NCBI GenBank assembly: GCA_047495785.1
Contig: JBLDXI010000003.1
Span: forward strand, 1,364,001 to 1,428,000
Direction of reading: 5' to 3'
DNA length: 64,000 nt
DNA from: Lepidodermella squamata
Lineage: Eukaryota > Animalia > Gastrotricha
The position numbers and the translations under genes were made by a program. Below are positions 61,818-64,000 of this stretch, one piece after another. Numbering within the stretch: position 1 is the first letter of the stretch; the number at the start of each line of letters is the position of its first letter. The notes beneath the pieces were generated by a model. The model saw only the letters and a program-made list of their open reading frames with translations, was not told the origin of the DNA and ran no database searches.

Positions 61818-64000
61818 ATGCAGTTGAAGTGCGACGCAGGGCCGTTTGTGGCCGGGGCGAAATTCAAATCTGCTGCTGAGATTTTCAAGTTGGCAAAGGA
61901 ACTTTGTGATCGCACATACCAACCATTTATCAAGCGTTCAACGTCCCGAATTCAGATTATTTTCAAGTGTCGTCACGGGATCCGGAGGACTACCAAAAGT
62001 ACAGGTGATCGAGAAAATCAAGGCTACAACTACATGGAGTGTCCCGCTTCGATTTCCCTTAGTAAACCAAAGCTCGAAAAGCATTGGAGGGTCGTGTCAG
62101 CATGTTTTACTCATCATAATCACGAGGTTAGTGCTGAGAAATACGCTACTTACCCGGAACAGTGCAAGTTGAGCTCCGAGGAGAAAGAAAGTATTACAAA
62201 GAGATTTGAAGGTATCCATGTTCGGCCGAAAACTGTGGAAAAACACGTCCGGCGGTTGACAAATAAAATGGTAACGGCGAAGCAACTAGCTAATTTGCGA
62301 TTGTTGAAACCATCGGACCAGCTTCTTGCTGAAAAGCTTGTCAAGTTCTTAGACGAAGTCGAGGCTGATGGTGGTGTAGTTGAGGAAAGGGTGTCCGAAG
62401 AAAATCACACTCAAGTCCTGTTTGTCTCTACAAAGAAGATGCGGCAGCGCCTTGAACGCCAGAAGCCGAAAACCATGATTTTGGATACAACCTTCGGGAC
62501 CAATAAGTCGGGTTACAAGCTAATGGTCTTTTGCTATCCAAATGCTGATAATGGCAAAACTGCTATTGCAGCTATTGCCATGTTGGAGGATGAAAGCGAC
62601 TCCAACGTCAAGGCGGCATTTCTTATTTTCAAAGAACTGCACTCGCCAAAAATATTCTTGGTTGACAAAGACCTGAAGCAGATCGAGCTGCTGCGGTCAA
62701 CCTTTCTGTGTATCGTACTTCTATGTCATTGGCACGTCGCCAAGTATCTGAAAAACTTGATCGCCACAGCTCCCACAGAAGTTGAGGTGAAGGTGGAATT
62801 GTATAAATTGATTCTTGCCATGATGCGCTCGCGTGATGATGATGTGTATGGAGAATACCTGGGTCAATTCAACGTCGCTGCGGAAGGAATACGAGTTCGA
62901 ATTCAAAAGAAATATGTTTCATTGTGCGAATACTTTGAACGCAACTGGAACAGTTGCACCGAAATGTGGGTGAAGCATTTTCGCAGTCGTCTGGAAACAA
63001 TGGGTGAAAATACGACCAGCAGAGCAGAAGGATCATTCGGCAGTTTCAAGGTTATATTGCATGCAACACTCGGCAAGAAACCGAAGATCGAAGCTGTCGT
63101 GCCGGCTGTGTGCGAAATGGCAGATGATCAGGCTGAAACCATCCACGCCAAGAGAATTCAGCCTGTCTCCGACGAATTTCAAGCCGTCCTCTACAAGGCA
63201 TCTTTTGCAGTGTCATCTTTGGCGGTTAAAAAGTACTTTCAGCAACTGAAAGCTCTTAAAACCGTCGAATACAAGAAGCTGTCGCTTGGACAGGTGAAAG
63301 TTCTTGCAGCTGAAGGGGACAGAACGTACTCGACTTATCATGACCAATGCGATTGTTCCATTTTCAATCAAAGCAAAATTCCGTGTCATCACATTCTTGC
63401 ACTCCGTCAGAAAGATGACTTGCCTATGTTCGAACTGAAATTATTCGGGCTTCAGTATCATCGAATCAGCTCCAACGAGGCGCCAGCGAGTGATCAAGAC
63501 GAAGATTCAAGCTCGGAAGCTGGGCAGGCATCTGCACAGGAGGAGGAAGAGGAGGAGGAAACTTTTGACTTCGAGGAAGCCAATTTTCACAGCCCGCAAT
63601 CGAGCAAAGCGCAGCAAGCTAAGTCAGCCAAAGCGAAGTCGACCCAGAAGAAGTATCGCGGTGCCATGGATCTAATGACTGACATTGCGAATATCATGTC
63701 TCAGCATGGTATGGAGCAGTATGATCGCTACGTCGCCAATCTCCGTCAATTCAAAATGTTGATCAATGATGGTAAAAACGTTGTTGTCGGTGAAGAAATC
63801 AGCGAACGTCTTGACGAAGATGGCGAAGATGACGAACTTCCTGAATTGGCCATTCCTATTGAAGAAGCTGATGTCATTGAGCACGAAAAAACTCCCTCTA
63901 GGCCTGGATCGAAGTTCGCTTTGGCTTTCAAAACCGGCGTCAAGTGTCGAGGAAGACCGAAAGATTCAGACAAGCAGGCAAAATTCAATGCTAAGAAGAT
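61818..64000 (+). mobile_element. MULE (Mutator) transposase, ORF open to the window end
   Basis: Absent from the ORF track because it has no stop in the window. Manual translation from ATG 61818 is uninterrupted: C..C..HNH Zn DBD, LDTTFGTN (D), VDKD (D), CHWH, TTSRAEG (E), SWIM CDC..PCHH, AT-hook RGRPK. Confidence 0.93.

Overview
Eukaryotic DNA, most likely a compact invertebrate genome: gene-dense, with mostly 45-70 nt GT-AG introns, so most real genes must be assembled from several ORF-track pieces. The organism cannot be identified from the window. 0.8-29 kb is an immune-like accessory locus. It holds an NLR-like STAND gene (TIR - NB-ARC - ankyrin - C-terminal ARM region resembling ZYG11B/ZER1). 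Convergent on it is a tandem array of five secreted Cys-rich paralogues built from phase-0 exon cassettes with Kunitz-like modules, interleaved with nested DNA transposons, LINE fragments, a SINE and a Helitron-like insertion. 30.8-38 kb is a tight co-oriented run: MFS transporter, MetRS, SAM synthetase, class C GPCR. MetRS and MAT are in frame and, after one short intron, separated by a single UGA. 38-47 kb contains a Ly6 gene, a lysozyme-like/vWA GPI protein, a sensor-less TIR-NB-ARC paralogue, an orphan GPCR and a bacterial-type phytochelatin synthase with a TM anchor and YxxPhi tail. 47-60 kb is a cluster of lipid genes (CEPT, two PAP2 phosphatases, ceramide synthase, spinster) plus a secreted Sushi-ankyrin protein. 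60-64 kb carries an apparently intact MULE transposase. All family assignments are by eye from remembered motifs; no searches were run.
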